A stretch of 51,056 bases of DNA from Chiloscyllium plagiosum (GCF_004010195.1 NC_057752.1:4174966-4226021); one strand, 5' to 3'. Positions 37,103-49,047 are shown, counted from the stretch's first letter. The notes: a model not told the origin generated them from the letters alone. A program made the numbers and translations.

Positions 37103-37890
37103 GAACCAGGGTTGATTCCCTAGCTTGACAGTGATGATGGAGTGGGGAACATCCTGGGCCATGAGGTTGCAGATTGCATTGGCAATAATACTGAAGATAT
37201 ATGCTCCAGAAACTTGCCACTCCAAGCTGTTCTCGGAGAAGTTACAACACTGGCATCTACCCGACAATATGTAAAATTGCCCAAGTATGTCCTGTATTTC
37301 AAACAAAGCAGGACAAATCCAACCCAAACAATTACTGCCCGATCAGTATACTCAGTCATCAGTAAAGTGATGGAAAGTATCATCAAACAGTGCTATCATG
37401 CAGCACCTGCTTAACGATAACCTGCTCAGTGACGCCCAGTTTGCATTCCGCCAGGGCCATTCAGCTCCTGACCTCATTTCAGCCTTGATCCAAGCATGGA
37501 CAAAAGAGCTGAATTCCAGAGGGGAGGTGAGAGTGAAAGCCCTTGACAAGGCCACAGTCAACCGAGTGTGGCGTCAAGGAGCCCTCACAAAACTGGACTC
37601 AATAGATATCAGGGGACAAACTCTCCGCTGGTTGGAGTCATACCTGATGTATAGGAAGATGGTTGTGGTTGTTGGAGGTCAGTCATCTCTGCAAGAGTTC
37701 CTCAGGGTAGTGACTGAGGCCCAACCATCTTCAGCGGCTTCAGCAATGACATTCCCGCTCCACCATCAGGTCAGAACTGGGGATGTTCACTGATGATTGC
37801 ACAATGTTCAGCACCATTCACGACTTCTCATTTAAAGCAGTCCATTTTCAAATGAAACAAGATCTGGACAATTTTCAGGTTTGGATTGAC

Positions 37891-38769
37891 TGTTATGACA
37901 CAGGGTAAACCCCTCTGCTAATTTAAACTAGCCACATAGAAAAGATTCACCTCATATTGTAATCTGTTAAAATTCAAGAGGCAAAGAACGATCCCAGAGG
38001 GCACTATTAACAACTTTAAAGAATAAAGGTGAAAGAATATTCTTTAACAACTAAAAATGAACAACTTTATTCTTTAAGTCCAGAGAATATTAAAACCAAC
38101 AACTCCTTTCTCCTAAACCTATCTTTTACCCCTCACTCTACAATGCTAGTCCGATAAAACAATCCCGATTAAGATTTTTTTAAAAATCACGCTTCAAAAC
38201 CAGCCAGCTTTGCCAATTCTCCATTGTAGATTTTCCTCTGTCGATTGTCTCCAGGTCGGACTCGATGTTCTGCTGCATAAACTTATAGGCAGGTACCTTT
38301 CAGAGAGCTGTTCTGCTGGCAGTCTGTACTTGTTGGTGGCTTTTGCCCAAAACGCCGATTTTCCTGTTCCTCAGATGCTGACTGACCTGCTGTGCTTTTC
38401 CAGCACCACTCTAATCTAGCCTCTAATCTCCAGCATCTGCAGTCCTCACTTTTGCCTTGTTGGTGGCTTGGCAGTTCTCCCCTTAACTGTTCAAAATGTC
38501 CAGTTTTATACCCTTAAACAGTGGATCGTTTCATTGGTTTAAAATTATCAAAATACTAAATTCAAATTTGATTGGATCTTGGGGCTTAATTTAAACTGAT
38601 TGGCCGAATTTGAATTTGTTTTTGTATCATGGCAACTCAACTGCATTATTAGTTTCGCGGTCAAATGTTACACTTTAACTTCTTTCAGTACGCTCTGTGC
38701 CTCTCGAAGTCTGTGCCAGCTTTTCAACTCTTTTAAAAAGGTACCGTACACCTCTACACCTTCATAACA
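37891..38769. mobile_element. Solo LTR
   Basis: Termini TGTTATGA...TCATAACA (8-bp perfect inverted repeat, TG..CA); 5-bp TSD ttgac/ctgac; the LINE sequence resumes across it. Confidence 0.85.
38343..38455 (+). mobile_element. PLE family B terminus fragment in the LTR, 14-bp TSD
   Basis: TSD cttgttggtggctt at 38329-38342 and 38456-38469. Confidence 0.85.
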
Positions 38770-39564
38770 CTGACAAGTAGCAAGTAATGTTCGCACCACA
38801 CAAGTGCCAGGCAATAACCATCACCAGCAAGAGGCAATTGAAATACCGGTCCTTGATGCTCAATAGTATTACCATCACTATCAACATTCTATGGTTACCA
38901 TTGGCCAGAAACTCAACTACACTCACACCATTTACACAGTGGTGCAAAAGCAAGTCAGAGGCTAGGAATATCACAGCAAGTAACTCACCTTCTAACATCC
39001 CCCACCCCCCAAAAGCCTGCCCACCAACTACAAAACACAAGTCAGGAGTGATGGAGTACTCCCCACTTGCCTGGATGAGTGTAGCCCCAACAACACTCAA
39101 GATGCTTGACACCATCCAGAACAAAGCAGTACGCTTGATTAGCACTGCATCCACAAGCTTCCACTCCCTCCATCTCCAATGCTCAACAGCAGCAGTGTGT
39201 ACTATCGACAAGATGCTGAAATTCACTAAAGATCCTCAGACAGCACCTTCCAAACCCACAGCCATTTCCATTGAAAAGGACAAGGGTGGCAGATACATAG
39301 GAACACCACCACCTGCAAGTTCCACTCCAAGCCAATCACCATCCAAACTTGGAAATATATCGCTATTCCTTCACTGTTGCTGGGTCAAAATCCTGGAATT
39401 CTCTCCCTCAGGGCATTGTGGGTCAACCCACATTAGATGGACTGTAGCTGTTCAAGAAGATAGCTCACCACCACCTTCTCAATGGCAACTAGGGACAGGC
39501 AATAAATACTGGCCAGGCAGCGACACCTACATCCCACAAAATAAATTGAAAAATAAATAAATAA

Positions 39565-40010
39565 ACTGGCATGACTTGGCGTTTGCACTGATAAAGACCA
39601 TTTGGTGTTACAAAAGTCAATGTGTTTTTGGCTCTGTCAGTCAATGGAACCTATCAACATCCTTTTAGCAAGTCAATTTTTCTATCAAATTATGCATGTC
39701 CCCATTTAATGCAGTTCTCCAGTCTCAGAATATGATTGGAATCTGTTTTTGTTACTATGTTTACTTTGCAATAACCAACAAAGAATCTTTGTGACACATT
39801 TGGCTTTGGACCATCACACAAGGTGAGCTCCAGCTGCTATGACTCATTTCAATAATGTCATTGTCCATCATGAACTGAATCTCCACCGTCACTTGAGCTA
39901 ATCTCTCTGGATTAAGTATGGGTGGGTTTTGTAGATAAATCATCACCCATATTAACATCATGAATAGCCAAAACTGCTTTTCCTGCCCTATCCCCACAAA
40001 TTGGTTTTTA
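39565..40010 (-). mobile_element. Gypsy RT N-terminal relic
   Basis: PPILNPERLAQVTVEIQFMMDNDIIEMSHSSWSSPCVMV. Confidence 0.8.
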
Positions 40011-40029
40011 ATCCTCTAAGTCATTTAAA

Positions 40030-40200
40030 GTCATCAAGTCTAAGAGATGTAGAGCATGGAAACAGGCCCTTCGGTCCAACTCGTCCATGCCGACCAGATA
40101 TCCTAAACTAATCTAGTCCCATTTGCCAGCACTTGGCCCATATCACTCTAAACCCTTCCTATTCATATACCTATCCAGATGCCTTTTCAATGTTGTAATA
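40030..40200 (-). mobile_element. CR1 3' tail fragment
   Basis: Reverse complement of the CR1 3' UTR seen at 1480-1640. Confidence 0.9.
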
Positions 40201-42480
40201 GACCCATCTGGCTGTTACCAGGTCTATCCACGCTGTGCTGTCTTCTGGGGTGCTGAACACATCATGCAACCTGCTGACTTTAACCACTTCCATCAGGAAT
40301 CTAGACATGGCGTCCGGTTTGCTGTCAGCCCCTCTGGATCATTCGTCCCTATCGATGATGTAGTTGACGTCTCTGGCTACAATGACCAGTCCGGACGTCG
40401 CCAGCAGCAATGGGAACTGTTGCAGGACGATCAGCAGCTTACTTTTTACCATTGGGGTGTACACATTAATTAGTCTCGGGGAGTGTTTCTGTACGTAACA
40501 TTTGCTAGTCCACACACCATCTCCTTAACTGCAGATGGTGAAGTTGCCTGCTCACAGAATACCCAGGCCAGAGGAATTGCAATAGTTTCCCGCCCTGCCC
40601 CTGACCAAATCGAAGGTCAGTGAGCCCATTAGCATGACAATAAGAATGACCTCCTGTAGCTGCTGAGGTGTGGGATGCTGCACTCCTGCAAAAACAGGAG
40701 GCCCGCTTTGATGTTAGCCAGGTAGCCAACATGGAAACATATTGTATTGTAGATTTAACGCTACTTACATTAATAATGGCAAATTTAAAACCCATTTTAA
40801 AAGTTTATAGAATTACCTGTAGACCCAACATCCATTCATCTGCAGACTTGTCACTGAGGTCTCCCTGCATCCCCATGGTGTGGGCAAATTGTTGGACATT
40901 CACTGCATTGAGGTAGCTGCCTTGTTCCTGCCTGGGAGATGTCCCTGAACCAGCGCCATTGGGGCAAGTACAAAGCCAGGGAGGTTCAGTTCTGAGTCCA
41001 ACTAAGGGACTATTGTGCTCTTGATTTGGAGTAACACTGCTCCTGGTTGCCTAGAGCTGTGATGTGGTAGGTCCCCGTTGGTTCCCAATGGCTGCAGGTT
41101 AGGTTTTACTAGGCCCCTTGGGATGTTCAGTGTGTCTGGGTTGGGGAGGGCTGCTCCTTTCCTTCTCCACTTTGTTGCTGTGCCTCTTTTTCTGTTGGTG
41201 GTCATTCCTCTGCACATCTTCATCAGCAAAAGAGCTACTAGTGTGTTCATCATTCAGCTGCCTCCTTCCATTTTGCTATTGGCCTGAAGCATTTTCCTTT
41301 TCCAGCGGTTTCTCACCTGTATCCACCTCCCACCTCCTTATTTCCTCTTGCTCCATTGACTCCATCTGTTCAGGTGAAGTTGGGATCGGTTGTTGTGCCT
41401 CCGCACTGCCTATGTTTTCCTTCTCTCCGGCCTGTCCTTCTGTCTGGGTACCCCTCTTTTCAGTTTTCTTGCTGGAGGGTGGTACCTTACAGTCCTTTGA
41501 ATGTCCACAGCTCGCATTGCCACTTCTGGCCATCTGAGCATATGTAGCGCCCCTCCATCTTGGTAAGCCTTGTCCAAGTGGCCTGCTTGCCCAAAGGTTG
41601 CAGCTCTTGGAGTCTTTGCAGTCCTTAGTCAGGTGGCCCTCCTGTTTGCAGCTCCTGCAGAGGGTCAGTTTGCAATCTGCTACCATGTGCCCTGACATCC
41701 TGCAGGTTCGGCACACTCTCGGCTGCCCCACATGTCAGGTGGCCTTGGCTCCTTCCAATTGCGAAGCTGGAGGGCGGGTTAAGGATGTTCCCACTGGCAT
41801 CCACCTTCAGGGTCACCTTGACCTGCCGCTTGCACCACATTGATGCTACCCGCTTCAAGTTATACGTACCTTCCCAGAAAAGTCAGGACATCTGCTGCCG
41901 GGACATGAGGGTTATACAAACTGGCTTCTCGGTGCAGGGAGAATGAACAATGGTGCCGCAGATAGGACGGAGAGGGTACCCTCACATCCTTTCTCCTCAA
42001 ATGTCTTCAGCAGATGCTCACATGGCTTCATACTCCTGAATGTCACGTCAAAGTAGCCCTTGCTGAGGAATTCCTGCATAAAGAAAACATCTGCTGCTTG
42101 GAAACCACAGCAATCCAGAAAAACTCTTCATGAAGGAGGTCTGGTTGATCTTTCCTCCACCTTCTTCACCCTGACTATAATGCAGACCCTGGATTCTGGA
42201 TTAGTGGTGCTGGAAGAGCACAGCAGTTCAGGCAGCATCCAAGGCGCAGAGAAATCGATGTTTCGCTGCTCCTTGGATGCTGCCTGAACTGCTGTGCCCT
42301 TCCAGCACCACTAATCCAGAATCTGGTTTCCAGCATCTGCAGTCATTGTTTTTACCTCTATAATGCAGACCCGCCTGGGGCGCAGGCTCTAGCTGAGGCC
42401 ATAGTTCTGTTTGGCGGGTCACTGAATTGGCATTACACTAAAGCCAGTATAAAGATCCACCAATTCCAATTCAACTCAAC
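40201..42480 (-). mobile_element. L1/Tx1-type non-LTR retrotransposon 5' part (ORF1 zinc knuckles and start of ORF2 APE), decayed
   Basis: CRTCRMSGHMVADC and CRSCKQEGHLTKDC (CCHC); ORF2 start MGFKFAIINVSSVKS at 40795; decayed GDFN-like motif (RDVNYIID) near 40360. Confidence 0.85.
42190..42357. mobile_element. Fold-back PLE terminus (family B) in Tx1 ORF1, 15-bp TSD
   Basis: TSD ctataatgcagaccc at 42175-42189 and 42358-42372; ~55-bp inverted arms; hammerhead truncated. Confidence 0.9.
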
Positions 42481-42767
42481 CAATAATCTTCCAAGTTTTG
42501 CTCGCAATCACAATCCAGAGATGATCTCAAGATCTTCTGATGTTGAAGGTTCTCAGCTGAGATTCCAAGGTATCTCCCTTGCCAGGTAAGATATTGGTTT
42601 TGATGTCACAGTTACTTCACAGGCTATCACATAGCTACCTCTTAACAGCAGCACCACTTACACACCAAGCACTTGCAAACATTTGTCACTTTATTTGACT
42701 GCACTTAGTAAATCTATCATTATTTAACTTCTCTTTGCACATATTTCCCAACATGAACTGCTTCGGT

Positions 42768-43795
42768 AGAACATAGAACATTACAGCACAGTACAGGCCC
42801 TTCGCCCTCGATGTTGTGCCGACCTGTGAAACCAACCTAAGGCCCATCTAACCTACACTATTCCACTTTCATCCATATGACTATCCAATGACCATTTAAA
42901 TGCCCTTAAAGTTGGCAAGTCTACTACTGTTGCAGGTAGTGTGTTCCACGCCCATACTACTCTGAGTAAAGAAACTATCACCAATCAATTTAAAGCTATG
43001 CCCCCTCATGCTAGCCATCACCATCTGAGGAAAAAGGCTCTTACTGTCCACCCTATCTAACCCTCTGATTATCTTGTATGTCTCAAGTCACCTCTCAACC
43101 TTCTTCTCTCCAAGGAAAACAGCCTCAAGTCCCTCAGCCTTCCCTCGTAAGACCTTCCCTCCATACCAGGCAACATCCTAGTAAATCTCCTCGGAACCCT
43201 TTCCAAAGCTTCCACATCCTTCCAAGAATGCGGTAACCAGAACTGTACGCAATACTCCAAGTGCAACTGCACCAGAATTTTGTACAGCTGCAACATCACA
43301 TCATGGTTCCGAAACTCAATCCCTCTATGAATAAAAGCTAACACAGTGTATGCCTTCTTAACAACCCTATCAACCTGGGTGGCAACTTTCAGGGATCTAT
43401 GCACCTGGACACAGATATCTCTGCTCATCTACACTACCAAGAATTTTACCATTAGCCCAGTATTCTACATTCCTGTTGCTCCTTCCAAAGTGAATCACCT
43501 CACATTTTCTGCATTAAACTTCATTTACCACCTCTCAGCCGAGCTCTGCAGCTTATCTATGTCCCTCTGTAAGGTACAACATCCTTTGGCACTATCCACA
43601 ACTCTACCACCCTTAGTGTCATTCGCAAATTTACTAACCCATCCTTCTACACCCTCATCCAGGTCATTTATAAAAATGACACACAGCAGTCGACCCAAAA
43701 CAGATCCTTGTGGTACACCACCAATAACTGAACTCCAGGATGAATATTTCCATCAACCGCCACCCTCTGTCTTCTTTCAGCTAGCCAAATTCTGA
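42768..43795 (-). mobile_element. CR1 3' fragment
   Basis: LYKILVQLHLEYCVQFW, LERVPRRFTRMLPG; tagaacatagaaca tail. Confidence 0.95.
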
Positions 43796-43989
43796 TTCTG
43801 AGTGTCTGCTATTGTATTATTTCACCACAGCTATAACTCAAGCATGGCTTTACCATTCATGTCAACAAAGAAATTAAGTTCATAATTTATTGACATGTTC
43901 TGGTTATTTAATTAATTAGCATATGTTCTGTGTTACACACCGCACAGTTCAGAAGTACAAAAATTATAACAATTTCGTCAGTGTAAAGA

Positions 43990-44405
43990 ACAGTTGGTAG
44001 CACTCTTACCTCAGAGTTGGAAGGTCTGTGCAAGTCCCACTTGAAGACTGACAATCAAAGCTGACATTCCAAGGTTGTGTATTTCAGATGAAATATTAAA
44101 CCAAGATCCACCTCACTTTCAAATGCGTGTTAAAGATTCAATGGTGCTATTTGGAAGAAGAACGGATGAGTTCTTTTTCCTACAGTATTCTGATTAATAT
44201 TTCTGTCTGGTCAACATCATAAAACATATTATCTCGTCTTCATGTTTAGGAGACGAGATCTTGCTGTATGCAAATTGGATGCTGTTCTTTCTCCAGTATA
44301 ACACTGACTAACTAAACTACCCTTCAAACATACTTTACTGGACTCAAAGTACTTTCGAATATTCATATGCTGTGAATGGCACGAAACAAACGCAAGTTTT
44401 CTTTC
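43990..44405 (+). mobile_element. Deu-domain SINE, diverged
   Basis: cagttggtagcactcttacctcagag; ttcagatgaaatattaaacc; atcttgctgtatgcaaattgg; similar to 35612-36005. Confidence 0.65.
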
Positions 44406-44589
44406 ATGTTTCTATTTGAGTTGGCTTTTCAGAACACTGAATCCAAGTTACTTTAGCTCAGCTTGCGATTTTATTTCATAAATTCAACAAAGGAATTATG
44501 TAGGTCCTACTCCAACAAACTATACATTAAAAAAGTGGAATTCAGAATTGTAGTTATCAAAATAATTTAAACCTGAATCTAACAAACCA

Positions 44590-45250
44590 GAATCGGAGCT
44601 CGTCCGAAATTCCGAAACTGCCTAGGTTTGATGTACATGAGGAAAAGAAAAAAACAAATTGATTCAAATTTCGATTTTGAAAAAGATAGTCAAATCCATC
44701 TCTAAACCAAGACTACCTGAAAGAGTGAGTTTTTTAAAATAATAAATTCAAAGACTAGTTGTTCAAAGATCTTGGTCAAGGACAACGACATTCATTAGGG
44801 CTGCCTCTCGAATCCACTCGTTTGGACGTTTCCCGCCTTTTTGTAGCTCGATCTCGAGCTGTGAAACGCCGAGCGATTCCAAATGAGATGGCGGCGGGTG
44901 TGTGGAGGATGCCAGTTTTGAGGTTAGTTACTCTGAGAGACGGACCAAGGGAATGTTACTGTGCCATGTCGTCGCCACGCATTGTTACCGATACAAATCA
45001 ATCTCAACATGCTTAGTGACTGTTCATCGACCAACACGAACAAGCACATTTGCAATATTTAACCAAATAACTCTGACTACAATTAGAGTTTGTGGTCTGA
45101 AAGCAAAAAAAAAAACTGCTGCCTCAGCAAAATAATAGCGAATAGGTTTGATGCTAAACTACTTACTAATATGACAGGCGGGAATCACAAGTTTATTCAG
45201 AAAATCTGCCCAATCCACTCGACCTCCTAATGAGAACCAATCTAAAGTAT
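44590..45250. promoter_or_regulatory. Candidate promoter (locally CpG-enriched, non-repetitive)
   Basis: Many CpGs relative to the flanks; E2F-like TTTCCCGC at 44829-44836 and GGCGGGAA at ~45177; YY1-like AGATGGCGGC over the ATG; CCAAT at ~45210 and ~45237. Confidence 0.55.
44888..44922 (+). CDS. Candidate first coding exon MAAGVWRMPVLR (unidentified, possibly a mitochondrial presequence)
   Basis: gagATGG Kozak context, MAA start and AG|gttagt donor at 44923, inside the CpG-rich region. Confidence 0.4.
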
Positions 45251-45689
45251 ATAGCTCTTTATCGGTGGCTCTCTCCCTCCAAAGACATCTCCCCAGTGTT
45301 CTTATAATTTCTTCTTAATTAGGTTAACTTATTTCCATTTTAGGCCTCACTGTTGCTGGTCCTCCGCTTCACGCTCTATTCAATGGGGAAAGTGATTGCC
45401 TCGTGATATTGTCACTGGACTGTTAATCCAAATCTCACCATGGCAGATGGTGGAATTTGAATTCAATAAAAATTTTGAATTCAGAGTTTAATGATGACCA
45501 TGAATCAATTGGTGGAAAAACCCATTCGTTCACTGACCTGTAGGAAGGAAACTGCAATCCAGTTTGAGATACAAACAGACTTGAAACATAGCCTCACAGC
45601 TAAAATGAATTGTCTGACTTGAGGGGTCACCATTATTCTGATAAAACCTGAGGTTATTTTGCAGCAGTGACTTGAAAGAAATTTTTGGA

Positions 45690-45965
45690 TTTACTTTTTA
45701 ATCAATCGAAAACTGCACCTCCATTGTAATTGATTAAAGACTTAATAGCCATCTAGGTTTGTTCAATATATTTGCATAATTTGTATGACCCTTTGATCTT
45801 TTACTTATAAATTCTGTGTATGATGTATTCTGTCTCATAAGCTGCCTGAGGAAGGAGCAGGGGCTCTGAAAGCTTGTGGTTTCAAGTAAACCTGTTGGAC
45901 TATGACCCAGTGACACGTGATTTTTGACTTTGTCCATTCCAGTCCAACATTGACACCTCCACATC
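45690..45965 (+). mobile_element. PLE family C terminus with hammerhead motif (45843-45878)
   Basis: CTGAGGA-A-GGAGC(AGGG)GCTCT-GAAAGCTT with palindromic AGCT stem III; downstream sequence matches the arms of 15911-16079. Confidence 0.75.
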
Positions 45966-46998
45966 AAAGGTGGGAGACAGAGGGTGGTGGTGAAGGGTTG
46001 CTTTTCAGTCAGGAGGCCTGTGCCACAAAAATTGGTGCTGGGTCCACTGCTTTTCATCATTAATGTACACGATTTGGATGTGAACGTAGGAGGTATGGTT
46101 AGTAAGTTTGCAGATGACACCAAAATTGGAGGTGTAGTGGACAGCGAAGAAGGTTACCTCAGATTACAACGGGATCTTGATCAGATGGGCCAGTGGGCCA
46201 AGGTGTGGCAGATGGAGTTTAATTTAGATAAATGTGAGGTGCTGCATTTTGAAAAGCCAAATCAGGACGGTACTTACACACTTAATGGTAAGATTCTCAG
46301 AACAAAGAGACCTTGGATTGCAGCTTCATAGTTCCTTGAAAGTGGAGTCACAGACAGGTAGGATAGTAAAGAAGGCATTTGGTATGCTTTCCTTTATTGG
46401 TCAGTGCATTGAGTATAAGAATTGGGCGGTCATGTTGCAGCTATACAGGACATTGGTTAGGCCACTTTTGGAATACTGAGTGCAATTCTGGTCTTCCTGC
46501 TAAAGATAGGATGTTGTAAAACTTGAAAGAGTCCAGAAAAGATTTACAAGGATGTTGCCAGGGTTGGATGGTTTGAGCTCTAGCAAGAGGCTGAATAGGC
46601 TGGGGCTGTTTTCCCTGGAGCGTCAGAGGCTGAGGGGTGACCTTATAGAGGTTTATAAAATTATGAGGAATAAAGATAGGGTAAATAGACAAGGTATTTT
46701 CCCTGGGGTTGGGGAGTCCAAAACTAGAGGGCGTAAGTTTAAGGTGAGAGGGGAAAGATTTAAAAGGGACCTAAGGGGCAACTTCACACAGTGGCTAGTG
46801 CATATATGGAATGAGCTGTCAGAGGAGATAGTGGAAGCTAGTACAATTACAACATTTAAAAAGCATCTGGATGGTATGTGAATAGGAAGGGTTTAAGAGG
46901 CATATGGGCCAAATGCTAGCAAATGGGACTAGATTGGAATATCTGATCAGCATGGACAAGTTGGACCGAAGGGTCTGTTTCTGTGATGTACATCTCTT
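45966..46998 (+). mobile_element. CR1 3' fragment
   Basis: VLGPLLF, FADDTK, RLRGDLIEVYKIMR. Confidence 0.95.
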
Positions 46999-47019
46999 AA
47001 CCGATAATACTGTCCCCAG

Positions 47020-47400
47020 TTAAGCAACACCACAATTTTGAAATCCTCATCCTTGTTTTCCAATCCTTCCATGGCCTTGTCCTTCCCTCTCTCTGTATCT
47101 CCTCCAGTTTCTAAAACGCTCAGAATTGTCTGCATTCATCAAATTCTGGCCTCTTGAGGACCCCCAGATTTCATCATTGCACCATTAGTGGCAATGTTAT
47201 CAGCTACCAAAGGTGTAGGCTCTGGAATTCCCTTCTTAAACCTCTCCAATTCTCTAATTTTCCTCCTTTAAGACCATCTTTAGAAAGCTTTTTTGAGCAA
47301 GCTTTTGATTAGCAGGCCTAATGTTGTTTTATGCAGCTCAGTTTCATATTTGCTTCATAATTCTGAGAGTCATTTGGCATGTTTTACTATGTTAATGGAT
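47020..47400 (+). mobile_element. Old L2-type 3' end
   Basis: aaatcctcatccttgttttc..ccatggcc..ctctggaattccct; similar to 34740-35150. Confidence 0.65.
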
Positions 47401-49047
47401 ACATATTCAATGAAATACACCTGCATACACACACATACACATATATAAACGTAAACACATAGTTATTGTAGATGTTTTATGAGTGTCAATCAAGTACTAA
47501 TTATTTCCATTCTAATATTTTATAATATAAATACTTAAACATTTTTAATAAAAAGACAAACTTCAATTAATGCCTTATGATTCGTCTCCCAGGGTTGCTC
47601 ACAGCACTATCTTGGAAATTGATCTTTCTCAGGTTGGCAACCCTGCACCTTCCTGTCCCATTCAGATCTCACCTCAATCCAGGTATGCTTGAGTCCTTAC
47701 CTCACTGTGCATCCAAGCCTATAAGAAATGTGTGAGATACAAATCAGTCAGTGAGTATTGTGTGAAACATGTAGAGGGACTGGGGACATGCAGAGGAGAA
47801 CAGTGACAGATTAGATGATCTGTTATAATCTATGGAATATTACAGCACAAATCATTGTGCTAAAAGCAGGAACTGGGCCAAAATCTTGCAGTTCCGTAAT
47901 GCACAGTGGGTGTACCTGCAACACAAGGATTTCAGTAGCTCAACACACCTTGTCAAGAGCAATTAGGGATGGGTAACAAATGCTGGTCTTGCCAGTGACA
48001 CTAAAGTCTGAAGAATGAATGAAAAAGGCATTTTCCCACTAATAAGGCCATCAGGAACAAGAGCAGACCATTTCGCCCCTTGAACCTGCTCTGCCATTCA
48101 ATAGAATCATAGCTGATAAAAGCAGCCATAATTTCATAATTATAGTGCTCTTTCCAAACAATGATTTTGTTTTGTGCTTCTGTGGAAGAACTTGATCAGG
48201 TCAGAGAAACAGCAGGCAACAAGAAGCTGATAAACAGGCAGTACTGTTGCTCCAAGGCAATTTCTACAGTATGCAAATCAGGTTTCAATAAAATTTTGTT
48301 CCAACCAAAAGCACCTTGCAGAAAATATGCTTGCAGCCTACACAGATCTAATTGTAGATAGTCACCTATGGCATGACTAAAATGTTTTGCTCAAATTATT
48401 TCAAACAGAGCAATATGGTGACTTGTTGTCTCATTCATGCTTATCACTGGCAAAATCAATGCTTAAGTGTGATGTTATTTTTCCCCCAAGGTGTTTTCTG
48501 TGCAAACATTGTCACAAGGCCCTGAAAGGTTGAATGTTTTTCAAGTAGAACGTATTCCAAAGTGGAGTTTCTCCGATTAAATTATGGTGAGGACTGCTCT
48601 GAGGAGGCATTGTGCAAGCTACAAGATAAATGTGTCTGACGCAAAAACATAGGTTAAAAAGCTTCCTGTTAATTATGAAGGCCCAATGGTGAATTCAGGA
48701 GAAAACTCTTTTAGACAGTGTGAGAATGTGGAACCCGATATCACAAAGACTAATTGAGGCAGTCTCAGAGATGCATTTAGAGGAAAGCTGGACATGAGAG
48801 AGAAAGGAATAGGATAGGCTGATAGGATAAGATGAAGAGGGGTGGGAGGAGGGAGGAGGATTGTGTGCAGCATGAACACCAACATAGATCCAACGTGCCA
48901 ATTGACCGGTTTCTGTGTATTTTAGAGCAGAGAAGTGTTATAAACGATTGTCAAAAGACTGTATTCTCTCACCATTATTTTGCAAAATTTCACCAGGAAT
49001 TTCCTTATGGGTTCATCTGATTAGCCACTGAAACCTCAGCAGAAGCC

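Larger units (their letters stand above)
37103..39563 (+). mobile_element. CR1-group LINE (distinct family), 5'-truncated with a short 5' inversion, split by a solo LTR
   Basis: LLSDAQFAFRQGHSAPDLISAL..VWRQGALTKL; VMEYSPLAWM..LDTIQNKAVRLI; (aaat)n tail. 37103-37175 is inverted (ICNLMAQDVPHSIITVKLGNQPWF). Confidence 0.85.

Noticed and set aside
48491..48590. Further exon of the 44.9-kb gene
   Set aside because: Strong acceptor, but all three frames hit stops before the gtgagg donor.
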